Positions 8,306-16,823 of a stretch of DNA of 53,692 nt are shown here, piece after piece. The DNA lies in assembly GCA_002898395.1 (NCBI GenBank), contig BEHE01000014.1, positions 1-53,692 of the forward strand, read 5' to 3'. The translations under genes were made by a program, and so were the position numbers. The stretch is from Candidatus Calditenuaceae archaeon HR02. Its GTDB lineage: Archaea; Thermoproteota; Nitrososphaeria_A; Caldarchaeales; Calditenuaceae. The notes beneath the pieces are model-generated. The model was not told where the DNA came from, made no database searches, and saw only the letters and a program-made list of their open reading frames with translations. How positions within the stretch are numbered: the first letter of the stretch is position 1; each line of letters begins with the position of its first letter.

Positions 8306-9432
8306 TGGCGGAGGTCAGAATCCCGCTTCCCCCGAGGTTCGCGACCGAGTGCCTGATGGGCCTGCTCTACCACATCGACCCGGCATACACTATAACGCTC
8401 TCGGCAGGCGAGGCGACAGTGGAGGGGCCGCACCCGAAGAGGGCGTTGAGGGACGTTCTGGAGCTCGCGGCCCAGGTCCTGGAGGAGAGGGCGCAGGCGG
8501 GCCTCCGGGTGGAGCTGGGGCTTAGCGGCAACGACAGGAAGTATCACGGCCAGATCTGGAAGGCCCTCTCGCTCCCGCCAGATGCGACTCCGGTCGAGAT
8601 GGTCAGGATCCTCGCGTCAAACCCGCTTGTCGATGCCGGAAAGGTGAAGCTACTCTCGGCGCTGAAGCCGGAGTACTACGAGTACAACAGGATTCCAGGG
8701 TACGCAGGCAGCGAGAACGTGAGGAAGGCTGGCGAGGAGTACCCGATCAACGTAGTCGCCATGTGCCTGACCGGTTATCTGCTCTGCAGGGTCGGTGCCG
8801 CAAGGCTCGAGAGGGGGATGACGGTGTCCGTCGTGCTGGCGCCAGTGCTGGCTGGTCGCGGCCTCGCGGTCGACCCGGATTACCGCCTCACCCTCTTCGC
8901 AACGCCTCTGAGGAGGTTGAGCACCTCGCTCCTCGGCAGGAAGGGGCTGCTCGCGGGTCTCTTCCCAGAGACCGCGCTGGCCCTGCTCCTCGCCAGCCGT
9001 ATGGGAAGTTCCCTCTTCAGGCTGTACGCCATCAAGGAGGCGAAGGGCCAGGAGCCCGCGACGGTCTTCGCCGCGATGCAGATGAACCTGGTGCCGTTGC
9101 GCGAGGCGATGGAGAGAATGGGCCTCACCGAGGACCGGTACGCCGAACTGGTGGAGCGGCTGGCCGAGAGGAGCATGAACGTCAACGTCCAGGGGGTGGA
9201 GAAGACGTTGGCAACTAGGTTCTCGTCGCTGCTGTACGAGGTCCTTTCCAGAACGAGGCCACCGGAGGAGTTCGTGAGCGTCGTCAATAGGGAGTACGTC
9301 TCACTCACCCTTCCCAGAAGCGCTTCTAGGCGAAGGTATGACGAGGATAGTCGGATGGAGAAAATGGTAGAGTCGGTGGTATACCTAGCGAACAGAATAT
9401 GGAAAGCGGTCATAAGGGGCGAGTTCTCATGA
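8305..9432 (+). CDS. cas8a: Type I-A large subunit Cas8a2-like (Csa4/Csx9)
   Basis: LSGND and LSALKPEYYEYNR motifs; position after cas3'' in a I-A operon. Confidence 0.75.
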   Translation: MAEVRIPLPPRFATECLMGLLYHIDPAYTITLSAGEATVEGPHPKRALRDVLELAAQVLEERAQAGLRVELGLSGNDRKYHGQIWKALSLPPDATPVEMVRILASNPLVDAGKVKLLSALKPEYYEYNRIPGYAGSENVRKAGEEYPINVVAMCLTGYLLCRVGAARLERGMTVSVVLAPVLAGRGLAVDPDYRLTLFATPLRRLSTSLLGRKGLLAGLFPETALALLLASRMGSSLFRLYAIKEAKGQEPATVFAAMQMNLVPLREAMERMGLTEDRYAELVERLAERSMNVNVQGVEKTLATRFSSLLYEVLSRTRPPEEFVSVVNREYVSLTLPRSASRRRYDEDSRMEKMVESVVYLANRIWKAVIRGEFS

Positions 9433-9586
9433 CTAGCCCCTACCGGTCAGGGCATCCCCGACTATCAAGTGCCCCTACGAGATTTCTGTCCCTCGCCATA
9501 AGAAACATCGATCACCCATACCCACTCAGACTCAGATACCTTGACGGGAAGAGAAGTGGACGCGACCTTGTAGGTGGGGTGGAAGA

Positions 9587-10483
9587 ATGATCTTTGAGCT
9601 ACAGGCTCGGATTCTCGTCGATAGGCCGGTCAGGTTCCAAAGCTTCTCGGGCTTCGCGGTGAGGGGCGTTTTCTATGAGCTCCTCAATAAAGTCGACGAA
9701 GAATACTCCGACAGGCTCCACAAGGGCAAGAGTCTAGCGCCATTTACAGTTAAGCCCCCCTCTCTAGACGTGTCCGGTGGGCGGTATGTTTTCAGGTACG
9801 TCAAACCCCCCTCCGAGGTCTGGCTTCGACTCTTAACCTTCGACAAGAGAGTGTTCACGGCATGGAGGAAGATCCTGATAGAGGGTATGCTCGAGAAGGT
9901 AAGTCTCGCGGAGCAAGAATTCACGGTCAGCGAGGTAAGGCTAGTCATCCATGATCCCATCACGATGCTAGCCGAGAACTCTGTTGAAGATGTTTCAGGG
10001 TTTAGGGTGGTTTTCGAGACACCCACATTCTTTAGGATGACTTCAAGAAATGCGGTCACATCACAGGGCCTGCATATCTCGAGGGGGGTGGTCAAGGCTC
10101 GTAAACAAGCCTACCGGTTTATTCCTCTCCCCCTCCCAAGCCTCATCTTCAGGAGCCTCACGCGGCTCTGGTCCACCTTCATAGAGCCTTCATTCGATTA
10201 CCGGGGGCTACTCGAGTGGGTCGACGCAGGGGGTGTAGTGGTCTCCGGATTCCCGGAGGGGATATACACCCAGAGACTCTACGAGCACCCGACACTCAAC
10301 AAGTGGGTGGTCGGATTTACTGGCAGCGTCTACTACTCCATTCCAGACGACCTTTACGATAAGAGGGTGGCTGGGAAGGTAATTGGGTTGCTACGATTCG
10401 GCGAGCTCACAAACGTGGGTGGGGGGCGAACCGCCGGCTTCGGCTCTATGAAGCTGATGCTGAACCAGCAGGTGAATGAATAG
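9587..10483 (+). CDS. cas6: Cas6 crRNA-processing endoribonuclease
   Basis: LH..K.LAPFTV, FETPTFF, GFTG, C-terminal G-loop NVGGGRTAGFG. Confidence 0.95.
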   Translation: MIFELQARILVDRPVRFQSFSGFAVRGVFYELLNKVDEEYSDRLHKGKSLAPFTVKPPSLDVSGGRYVFRYVKPPSEVWLRLLTFDKRVFTAWRKILIEGMLEKVSLAEQEFTVSEVRLVIHDPITMLAENSVEDVSGFRVVFETPTFFRMTSRNAVTSQGLHISRGVVKARKQAYRFIPLPLPSLIFRSLTRLWSTFIEPSFDYRGLLEWVDAGGVVVSGFPEGIYTQRLYEHPTLNKWVVGFTGSVYYSIPDDLYDKRVAGKVIGLLRFGELTNVGGGRTAGFGSMKLMLNQQVNE

Positions 10484-11424
10484 TGTTCTTTTTAAGGAGG
10501 GAAGAGTTCGAGCGGCGGCTCCGCGCCCTGCGGGACCAAGTCGATGCCGCCATGGTTAGCCCGGAACTAAGGGGGTGGAACAGCTCTAGGCCACCTGTGA
10601 AGCCTTTAGGACGCCATCTCCTATCAGTCAGCGAGCTAGCATCTAGGTACTGCCCGACGATGAGGGACGTCTATCTGCGCCGGATCGCTAGGATTTCCCC
10701 GCCACCTAGCTTCAAGATGTTTCGAGGCCTAGTATACCACTTCATCATCAATCAACTGACGACAAGGTCCAAGAGATACATATTCGAGAGAGGTAAGATT
10801 CCGGGGCCAGAGCTCTTTAAACTCCTCCTCATAGACGAGCCTGTAGCAGTCGAGTCAGCAGTTCGTGACGCCTCTACAAAAGTTCAAGTCGACGAGGACG
10901 AAGTACGTTCTCTAACACTTCTAGCCTCCAGGCTATACCGTTACTTGGCTCTTCAAGTTGCCTCTGGCGTAGATTTAACCCAAAGCAAATTTCCGCACGT
11001 GGATGTCGACTCACTTGTGAATGAGTCCATCCCTGCCGTCAGTGAGATGAAGGTGGACGGGTCGCTGGTTGGGCTTAGCAGAGAGCTTTCAGTTGACATA
11101 TATACGCCGTACAACACGGTGATTGACATAAAGACTGGTGATATTAGGTCGTTCCACAGGTATGTAGGTGCCGGCTACGCACTCGCCATCGAGTCGGATA
11201 AGGGAGTTGAGGTTGACTTCGGGGTCACGATATACATCTCAGTACAGCCGTCCGCCCCCGCACCTGAAGTGAAGGCGGACTACTACTTGATCGGCGATGA
11301 GCTGAGGCGTGAGTTCTTAGAGCTAAGGGACGAGGCACAACTACTCATCGAGAAGGGCAAAGATCCCGGCATGCCTGTCAAATGCCCAGAGTTCTGCCCA
11401 TACTACACTGTCTGCAACAGGTGA
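10483..11424 (+). CDS. csa1: Type I-A Csa1 (Cas4-like) protein
   Basis: ELRGW....PPVKP, YCPT.RDVYLRR, VDGSLVGLS, DIKTG, GYALAIES, CPEFCPYYTVC. Confidence 0.92.
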   Translation: MFFLRREEFERRLRALRDQVDAAMVSPELRGWNSSRPPVKPLGRHLLSVSELASRYCPTMRDVYLRRIARISPPPSFKMFRGLVYHFIINQLTTRSKRYIFERGKIPGPELFKLLLIDEPVAVESAVRDASTKVQVDEDEVRSLTLLASRLYRYLALQVASGVDLTQSKFPHVDVDSLVNESIPAVSEMKVDGSLVGLSRELSVDIYTPYNTVIDIKTGDIRSFHRYVGAGYALAIESDKGVEVDFGVTIYISVQPSAPAPEVKADYYLIGDELRREFLELRDEAQLLIEKGKDPGMPVKCPEFCPYYTVCNR

Positions 11425-11425
11425 C

Positions 11426-12439
11426 ATGAGGAAGCTCGTCATAGCCGAGCCTGGACTCTTCCTCGGCGTAAAGGAGGAGCGGATAGTAGTTAGGAGGAGT
11501 GGTGAAGTGGTTGCTGAAGTCCCGGCGGCTCAGATCAGTCACGTCTTTGTATCGACGAGGGGTGCCTCTCTGTCAAGTGCTGCTCTATCTCTTCTCCTGC
11601 GGCATGGAGCGCAGCTCGTGCTGCTGGATGGTAGGGGGAGGCCGCTGGGGAGGCTGCTTCCGCTGATGAGGCGGGGACTCAGGGCCGTAGAGGCGCAGAT
11701 AGAGGCTCTTAAGGATGAGAGGGGAGCAGCCCTTGCGAAGGCTTTTGCATCTTCGAAGGCCTTGAATCAGGCAGCTCTTCTCAGGTCTGCCGCACATAAC
11801 AGGGCAGAGTCTAACCCGCAGCTAGCCCGCATGCTGCTCGAGGCATCAGTCGAGATTAAGAGTTACGCAGGTTTGATACTCCAATTCGAAGGAAGGCTTG
11901 AGGAGATTAGGCCCGAGATCGTTCGGATGGAGGCTGCCGCCGCAGATATCTATTGGAAGCTAGTTGCGGAGCTTCTGGGCGGGTTAGTTGATTTTCCAGG
12001 TAGGAGGAAGCGGTTCGACGAGCCGAAAGACCCAGCCAATCTGCTCCTTAACTACGGCTACGGCATACTTTCATCGATCTGTTTCCTCGCACTGGAGCTC
12101 TCCTCCCTCGACCCTTACAGGGGATTCCTCCACGTCAACTCTCCGAGAAGGCCCGCACTAGTTATGGACTTAATGGAGGAGTTCAGGCAGACTGTAGTCG
12201 ACAGAGTTGTATTCAGGCTTCTCCGGGAGCTTGACCTAAGGGCGGTGGTAGGTGCTGATGGGCTCACTAGAGAGGCTAGGAAGGCCTTAGCACTGAAGAT
12301 TCTTGAGAGGGTGAAGGAGAGGACTACATTCCGTGGGCGGTCTCTACCCATAGAGGCGCACATTTACCTGCAGGCAAGGAGGATACGGGGGTTCCTCCTT
12401 GGGCACGAGCCCGAGTATAGGGGGTACGTCGAGAGGTGA
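11426..12439 (+). CDS. cas1: Cas1 integrase
   Basis: EAAAADIYW, DPANLLLNYGYGIL, DPYRGFLH, LVMDLMEEFRQTVVD. Confidence 0.97.
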   Translation: MRKLVIAEPGLFLGVKEERIVVRRSGEVVAEVPAAQISHVFVSTRGASLSSAALSLLLRHGAQLVLLDGRGRPLGRLLPLMRRGLRAVEAQIEALKDERGAALAKAFASSKALNQAALLRSAAHNRAESNPQLARMLLEASVEIKSYAGLILQFEGRLEEIRPEIVRMEAAAADIYWKLVAELLGGLVDFPGRRKRFDEPKDPANLLLNYGYGILSSICFLALELSSLDPYRGFLHVNSPRRPALVMDLMEEFRQTVVDRVVFRLLRELDLRAVVGADGLTREARKALALKILERVKERTTFRGRSLPIEAHIYLQARRIRGFLLGHEPEYRGYVER

Positions 12440-12714
12440 GGACCCTTGTGATCTACGACATATCCTCTGACAACATCAGGAACGAGGTCAGCGAGACCTG
12501 CAAGAACTTCGGGCTCTCGAGGATACAGAAGAGCGCATTCATGGGTATCTTGCCGCCTGGGAGGAGGAAGGAGCTTGCGGCGAGGCTTAGGAAGGTATTA
12601 GGAGAGAGCGAGGGGAATATCCAGATCTTCGTCATCTGCGATGCCGACTTGGCACTCCGCGAGGTTATTGGGAGGGAATACGTGGAGGGTGGCGAGGAGG
12701 TCGTGATTGTTTGA
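12436..12714 (+). CDS. cas2: Cas2
   Basis: LVIYDISSD..R..VSETCKNFGLSRIQKSAFMG. Confidence 0.97.
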   Translation: MRTLVIYDISSDNIRNEVSETCKNFGLSRIQKSAFMGILPPGRRKELAARLRKVLGESEGNIQIFVICDADLALREVIGREYVEGGEEVVIV

Positions 12715-13301
12715 GTGAGGATGATGGCGACCTCATACCCGTAGTGCTTGTGAAGCAGTATATCTTCTGTCCGAGGATTGTCTACTTCTCTGAAGTCCTC
12801 GGGCTAAAGGAGAGGGAGACAGAGTTGATGTATGAGGGGCGGGATATGCAGTGGGCGGAAGACCGCCGTGATCGGAGGAGGAAGAGGGTGCCTGGCACAG
12901 GACTTGAGGCCAGGGGGGCAAAGCACGGGGTGCTATACGTGTCGAGAAGGCTTGGCCTCGCCGGTGTGGTTGACCTAGTCGTAGATGAGGGGGGCGTAGC
13001 TGTTGTTGAGCGAAAGGCGGCCAAGCGGCCGAAGCGGGTGCATAGGAACCACCTCTATCAGTTGGCGGCGTACGCTCTGCTCGTCGAGGAGGCCACCGGT
13101 AAGCCAGTCATGCGCGCATACATCCACTACCTCAAGTCTGGCGACATTGTTGAAGTCACACTCACAGATGAGGCTAAGCGGCACGTGCTCTGGATAGTCA
13201 GGCAGATCAAGAGTATAATCTGGGAAGAGCGGCTCCCACCCTATTCTGAGAAACCGGCCTGCAAGAGCTGCGGCTACCGATGGATCTGTAGGCAGCTCTA
13301 A
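12711..13301 (+). CDS. cas4: Cas4
   Basis: KQYIFCPR, GVVDLV, VVERK, QLAAYALL, CKSCGYRWIC. Confidence 0.95.
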   Translation: MSEDDGDLIPVVLVKQYIFCPRIVYFSEVLGLKERETELMYEGRDMQWAEDRRDRRRKRVPGTGLEARGAKHGVLYVSRRLGLAGVVDLVVDEGGVAVVERKAAKRPKRVHRNHLYQLAAYALLVEEATGKPVMRAYIHYLKSGDIVEVTLTDEAKRHVLWIVRQIKSIIWEERLPPYSEKPACKSCGYRWICRQL

Positions 13302-13319
13302 CACATTAGACCAAAAAGT

Positions 13320-13446
13320 AAAACATAAATACAAGACCAATCGTCTACGCCTGCACTTTATATACCCCCTCGCAGAAACGACACCAGACGAATAAAAACA
13401 TACAAAAAACCTAAATTAACCAATAATACCAACAAATACGGCTCGG
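13320..13446 (+). promoter_or_regulatory. CRISPR leader of array 3 with TATA box TTTATATA (13357-13364)
   Basis: Colinear homolog of leaders 1/2; directly upstream of the first repeat. Confidence 0.85.
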
Positions 13447-13658
13447 GAATCTCGCAAAGAGAGTTGAAAGAATAATAGCTTATCCACAAACAATGACCCA
13501 TCGATTAGGGAATCTCGCAAAGAGAGTTGAAAGCTCTATTAGACAGTTACCGAGCGTGAATTGAATATAGGAATGAATCTCGCAAAGAGAGTTGAAAGCA
13601 TACGGCTCGAATGCGATGATGCTGCTCATGACTCTTGAATCCGAAGAGGAATTGAAAG
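13447..13658 (+). CRISPR. CRISPR array 3: 3 consensus repeats, 1 divergent terminal repeat, 3 spacers
   Basis: Repeats at 13447, 13510, 13575; terminal GAATCCGAAGAGGAATTGAAAG at 13637-13658. Confidence 0.95.
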
Positions 13659-14544
13659 TACCCCCCAACTGCATCATCACCACGAGGAATCCCCCGAGCC
13701 GACCGCCGGGTCGAGAACATTGAGAGAAAGCAGCTTCTCCCTGAACTCCCTTATCGCGCTCTCATCCCTACGCCTCTTCAACTCCTCCACATGCAGCTCC
13801 AAACCTTAGACAAACCTCAGCTCACTATTCCTCCGCTGCACGCTCTCCTCCAACCCAAGCCGAGCCGCTATCGCCCTCCTACACATGAAACCTATCTCGT
13901 TCACGGGCGTGTAGAAGGTGCCTCTATTACCACGCTCATGCTCTGGCAACATGTTTTCTAAAACTGTTTCCAGTAGAAGCGGGTCGTTGCTTACCTCAAC
14001 CTCTAGCGGATAAGTCTCGTAGACGGTGAAATTATATCCGTTGAAGAAGTTCCTCGCCTCGTAGAATATAGGATTCATCTTCGCGGCTAGTTTCTTCTCA
14101 ACCATGTCGGTAAGGTATTCTTCCCGTTCAAACAAGGAACCGTTCAGAAAGGATTCCCTCCTCACAGTTTTTCCTGTTTAAGCTATCGTAGAAGAGACGG
14201 TTTAGCTCGAGGTAATCCTTTATCTTGTTTATGAAGCTCCTGTCTCCCTTAAGCCAGCCCTTCCTCTGCAGAAAGTAGAGAAACATAAGCCGTCCAAGGA
14301 AAAGCTGAGCATACGCGGCAGCGTTATCGCCCAGAACACTCTCCACCGCGTCAACTATTCTCCCATATAGGCTTCTGTAGCCTTGGAAGAACTCTTCCTT
14401 AACCTTGTCGTACGGCAGCATCTCGCTATCGTATGCCTTTTTGAGGCTCTCGTGGTCGCCTCTGTATCTAAGACTCTCAATCACCTCTATATCCGTCCTG
14501 TAGAGCTCATCCTCGATATGGAGGGCCCTAGCCTCTCCACCCAC
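13659..14544 (-). pseudogene. Eco57I-like / type IIG restriction-modification adenine methyltransferase pseudogene
   Basis: YAQLFLGRLMFLYFLQRKGW, FLNGSLF, YNFTVYE, GTFYTP, LNVLDPAVGSG(G)FLV; frameshift near 14150, in-frame TAA at 13806-13808, frameshift in the G-run near 13693, truncated at the CRISPR repeat. Confidence 0.85.
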
Positions 14545-14706
14545 TCTTAGTTTTAGTGTCCCTCGAGGCGGAATAGGTTTGTTGACCTGGCTTTTTTCTT
14601 TTTAGGATAAGGATTGACCTCCGAGGTATGGTTGTTTGGTAAAGCCGTAGTTCATGGTCTAACGGCTGACCGTTGCTAAGAAGCGCGAAGTGTTCAACCG
14701 GTAGGG

Positions 14707-15435
14707 TTATTTTGGCGAGAAAAACTTTAACGCCATTTCTATTATTTGTCTTACGGTCGTGTTTCCGTCGAGGCTCACCGTGTAATGGGGTTTACCCTTC
14801 ATGATTATTGCTATCTTCCACTTACGGTAAAGTCCATAGGAGCGCGCGAAAAGGTACCACACCAGAATCCTTATTGCTACGGACACAGATAGCACCAAGT
14901 AGATCAATAACGCGTATTGAACTAGCTGGGGCTGTATGAGTATGTAGCCAGTGAACGCGTATAACAGTATTATGGCATTCCACATCAGGATGCTGACCGA
15001 CTCTTTGCCGGGAAAAACGTAGGGAGCGTATATCAGAACTCTATCGCCAATTTTTTGGGTAAAGAGAGGCCGGAACTTTAACCGGTTTATAAACGGTATC
15101 CGGCGTAGAATTCTGAAGCGTCTTAGAGGAACACCTTCAACCACACATTCCCTTATGTAGTTCTCGATTGTCCGCTGAGATACAGACGTCTCAGTGGATT
15201 TTCTAATCTCTTCCTGGTATTTAGCGTAATTGTTTCTCTTCAGAAGCCAGAGAAGTTCATTGAATTTTGAGGGCCTGCCCTTGCTTTTCCGTCTACCTGT
15301 ATAGGGGGTTGGATTTTTTGCGGACAATTTTGCCCCCTTTCGCCGCTGTGAGGCGTTTTTTCTACCATCAGAACTTATCAAGTCCCTTTTATCTTTTTTG
15401 CTGGAAATGATGGGTTTGGTGGTCGCAGCGTTCAT
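14707..15435 (-). CDS. Hypothetical membrane protein with basic N-terminus
   Basis: 242-aa ORF, K/R-rich N-terminal half and two hydrophobic helices; start uncertain. Confidence 0.55.
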   Translation of the reverse strand: MNAATTKPIISSKKDKRDLISSDGRKNASQRRKGAKLSAKNPTPYTGRRKSKGRPSKFNELLWLLKRNNYAKYQEEIRKSTETSVSQRTIENYIRECVVEGVPLRRFRILRRIPFINRLKFRPLFTQKIGDRVLIYAPYVFPGKESVSILMWNAIILLYAFTGYILIQPQLVQYALLIYLVLSVSVAIRILVWYLFARSYGLYRKWKIAIIMKGKPHYTVSLDGNTTVRQIIEMALKFFSPK

Positions 15436-16393
15436 GGCTGCTTACGTGTTTCTCGTAGCCTACACAATCTTAACGCATTTTGCCGGAAGACACAGGCGAT
15501 GTAAAGCTCTGGCTCTTCTGTTGGCGGTGGCCTCACCCTTTGCTTACTTGGCGACAAGTTATCCCGCTGACCCAGTGGTCGTAACTCTGCAGTCAACGCT
15601 GCAAACAGCTACTGTTCTTACCTTAATTCTAGCACCTCTAACAGCGTTGGCGGCTTTGCTGCAGAAGATGGCTGACGGACAGTTGGAACGATACGTTACA
15701 GAAGACATAGTTCCACTGAACGAAAACAACAACGAGTTAAAGCAGTGGAATGATTCAATATTGCAACGGTGTTACAGCCACGCCGCCCCAACCCAGCCCC
15801 CTATAGAGGGTTACACAAACCAATCAAGTCTGGAAGAAAACCCGCTAGGTTTAGCTCTGCAGTCTCTTCCACATACCCCTGAGGGCGCAGCTACATACAT
15901 AGCTAAAACCTCGTCTATGTTTAGAAAGTCTGGCCCAACCGGGTACAAAGACACGAGAGAGGACGTCGCTGCATATAGAGCCCAAGCTCAGCAGGATGCC
16001 AAGCCAGCAGCCAATAGAGGGATACCTGCAGCCAATAGAGGGATACCTGAGGGCCTTAGGGTCAAGAACCTGATAAACTCCGGCATATACGACCTGGAGC
16101 TAAGCAAGCAAATAATAGAAATCCTGCACAGCGACCAGAAACTCAGGGACCATCTAGACTTCATCAGGTGGAGTGATGTAAGAATCCTATACAGAATCAG
16201 GGACAAGGGTGTGAAGCTTGAGCTGACCCCTCGAACCCATAGAAGGCTGAAGGGCTTGAAGATGATAGAGGAGAGGGATGGGAAGATTTTCTTGACACCT
16301 AGGGGGAAGAAAGTCAAACTCGCCGCGATAGAGGCAACTCTGCGGCTGAGGGAACAGCTCCTCGGACAGAGGCACCACCATGACATTAATTAA
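15398..16393 (+). CDS. Hypothetical membrane-anchored protein with C-terminal wHTH-like domain
   Basis: Three N-terminal hydrophobic segments; C-terminal RLKGLKMIEERDGKIFLTPRGKKV wing pattern. Confidence 0.6.
   Translation: MLEMMGLVVAAFMAAYVFLVAYTILTHFAGRHRRCKALALLLAVASPFAYLATSYPADPVVVTLQSTLQTATVLTLILAPLTALAALLQKMADGQLERYVTEDIVPLNENNNELKQWNDSILQRCYSHAAPTQPPIEGYTNQSSLEENPLGLALQSLPHTPEGAATYIAKTSSMFRKSGPTGYKDTREDVAAYRAQAQQDAKPAANRGIPAANRGIPEGLRVKNLINSGIYDLELSKQIIEILHSDQKLRDHLDFIRWSDVRILYRIRDKGVKLELTPRTHRRLKGLKMIEERDGKIFLTPRGKKVKLAAIEATLRLREQLLGQRHHHDIN
16007..16048 (+). repeat. Perfect in-frame 21-bp tandem duplication (AANRGIP x2)
   Basis: GCAGCCAATAGAGGGATACCT at 16007-16027 and 16028-16048. 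Confidence 0.9.
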
Positions 16394-16592
16394 AGCGGTG
16401 ATGGTGGAATGTGAAGGCCATAAGTATTTAGTGGCTAAGGTTGGCTGTAGAGGGGCGGGGGCAAACGAGAAAGAAGACGCAGGACAACGATTGAGAAAAA
16501 CCAGCCCAGCCGACATAAAAACCACCCACCACTTTTTCCCCTTTCCAACAAGGGACCCGCCGAAAACCCTTTATCAACATGGGCGGGTGTAC

Positions 16593-16819
16593 GGTGGGGA
16601 GTCGAGCTGGGCAAGGTGGCCCCGTGCAGCCGTGGCTGCCTGTAGCATCCGCCTGGGCCACTCAGATGACCCCAGGGAGCCTGTGCATGGCCACGGACGT
16701 GTACAGGTTGTCTGGGCCCCGCCAAACCTCTCCGCTCCCATTCTCCGGGAACGTTCCGCTGATGCGGAGCCCCCCTCTGCCTTACATGGGGGGCCAAAGG
16801 TCCCCGGAGGTGATGGGAG
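16593..16819 (+). ncRNA. Candidate structured RNA / 5' leader upstream of the LAGLIDADG gene
   Basis: At least 8 nested helices found by eye, with G-U pairs favouring the + strand; BRE/TATA-like GAAAACCCTTTATCAA about 25 nt upstream; no known family recognised. Confidence 0.5.
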
Positions 16820-16823
16820 AAAA

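Noticed and set aside
9516-9539. Possible second degenerate repeat in the cas8a-cas6 gap
   Set aside because: Only 11/24 identity to the repeat, too weak to support a call
3034-13340. Many antisense and alternate-frame ORFs within the cas genes
   Set aside because: Shadow ORFs from high GC3, fully overlapping well-supported genes; the same applies to shadows in the housekeeping region
100-13636. Self-targeting spacers
   Set aside because: No spacer match elsewhere in the window was seen by eye apart from the spacer-spacer overlaps; not exhaustive without alignment
16593-16819. Identity of the structured RNA as 5S rRNA, SRP RNA, RNase P RNA, tRNA or hammerhead ribozyme
   Set aside because: Lacks the 5S CCGAAC/GAAGTTAAG, SRP helix-8 CAGG..GGAA..AGCAG, RNase P GAGGAAAGTCC, tRNA GTTCRA and hammerhead CTGANGA...GAAA signatures on either strand
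16380-16823. N-terminal 148 aa of the 575-aa ORF and the overlapping small ORFs
   Set aside because: Low-information open frame through a promoter and a GC-rich structured region; the strong SD before ATG 16824 marks the likelier start
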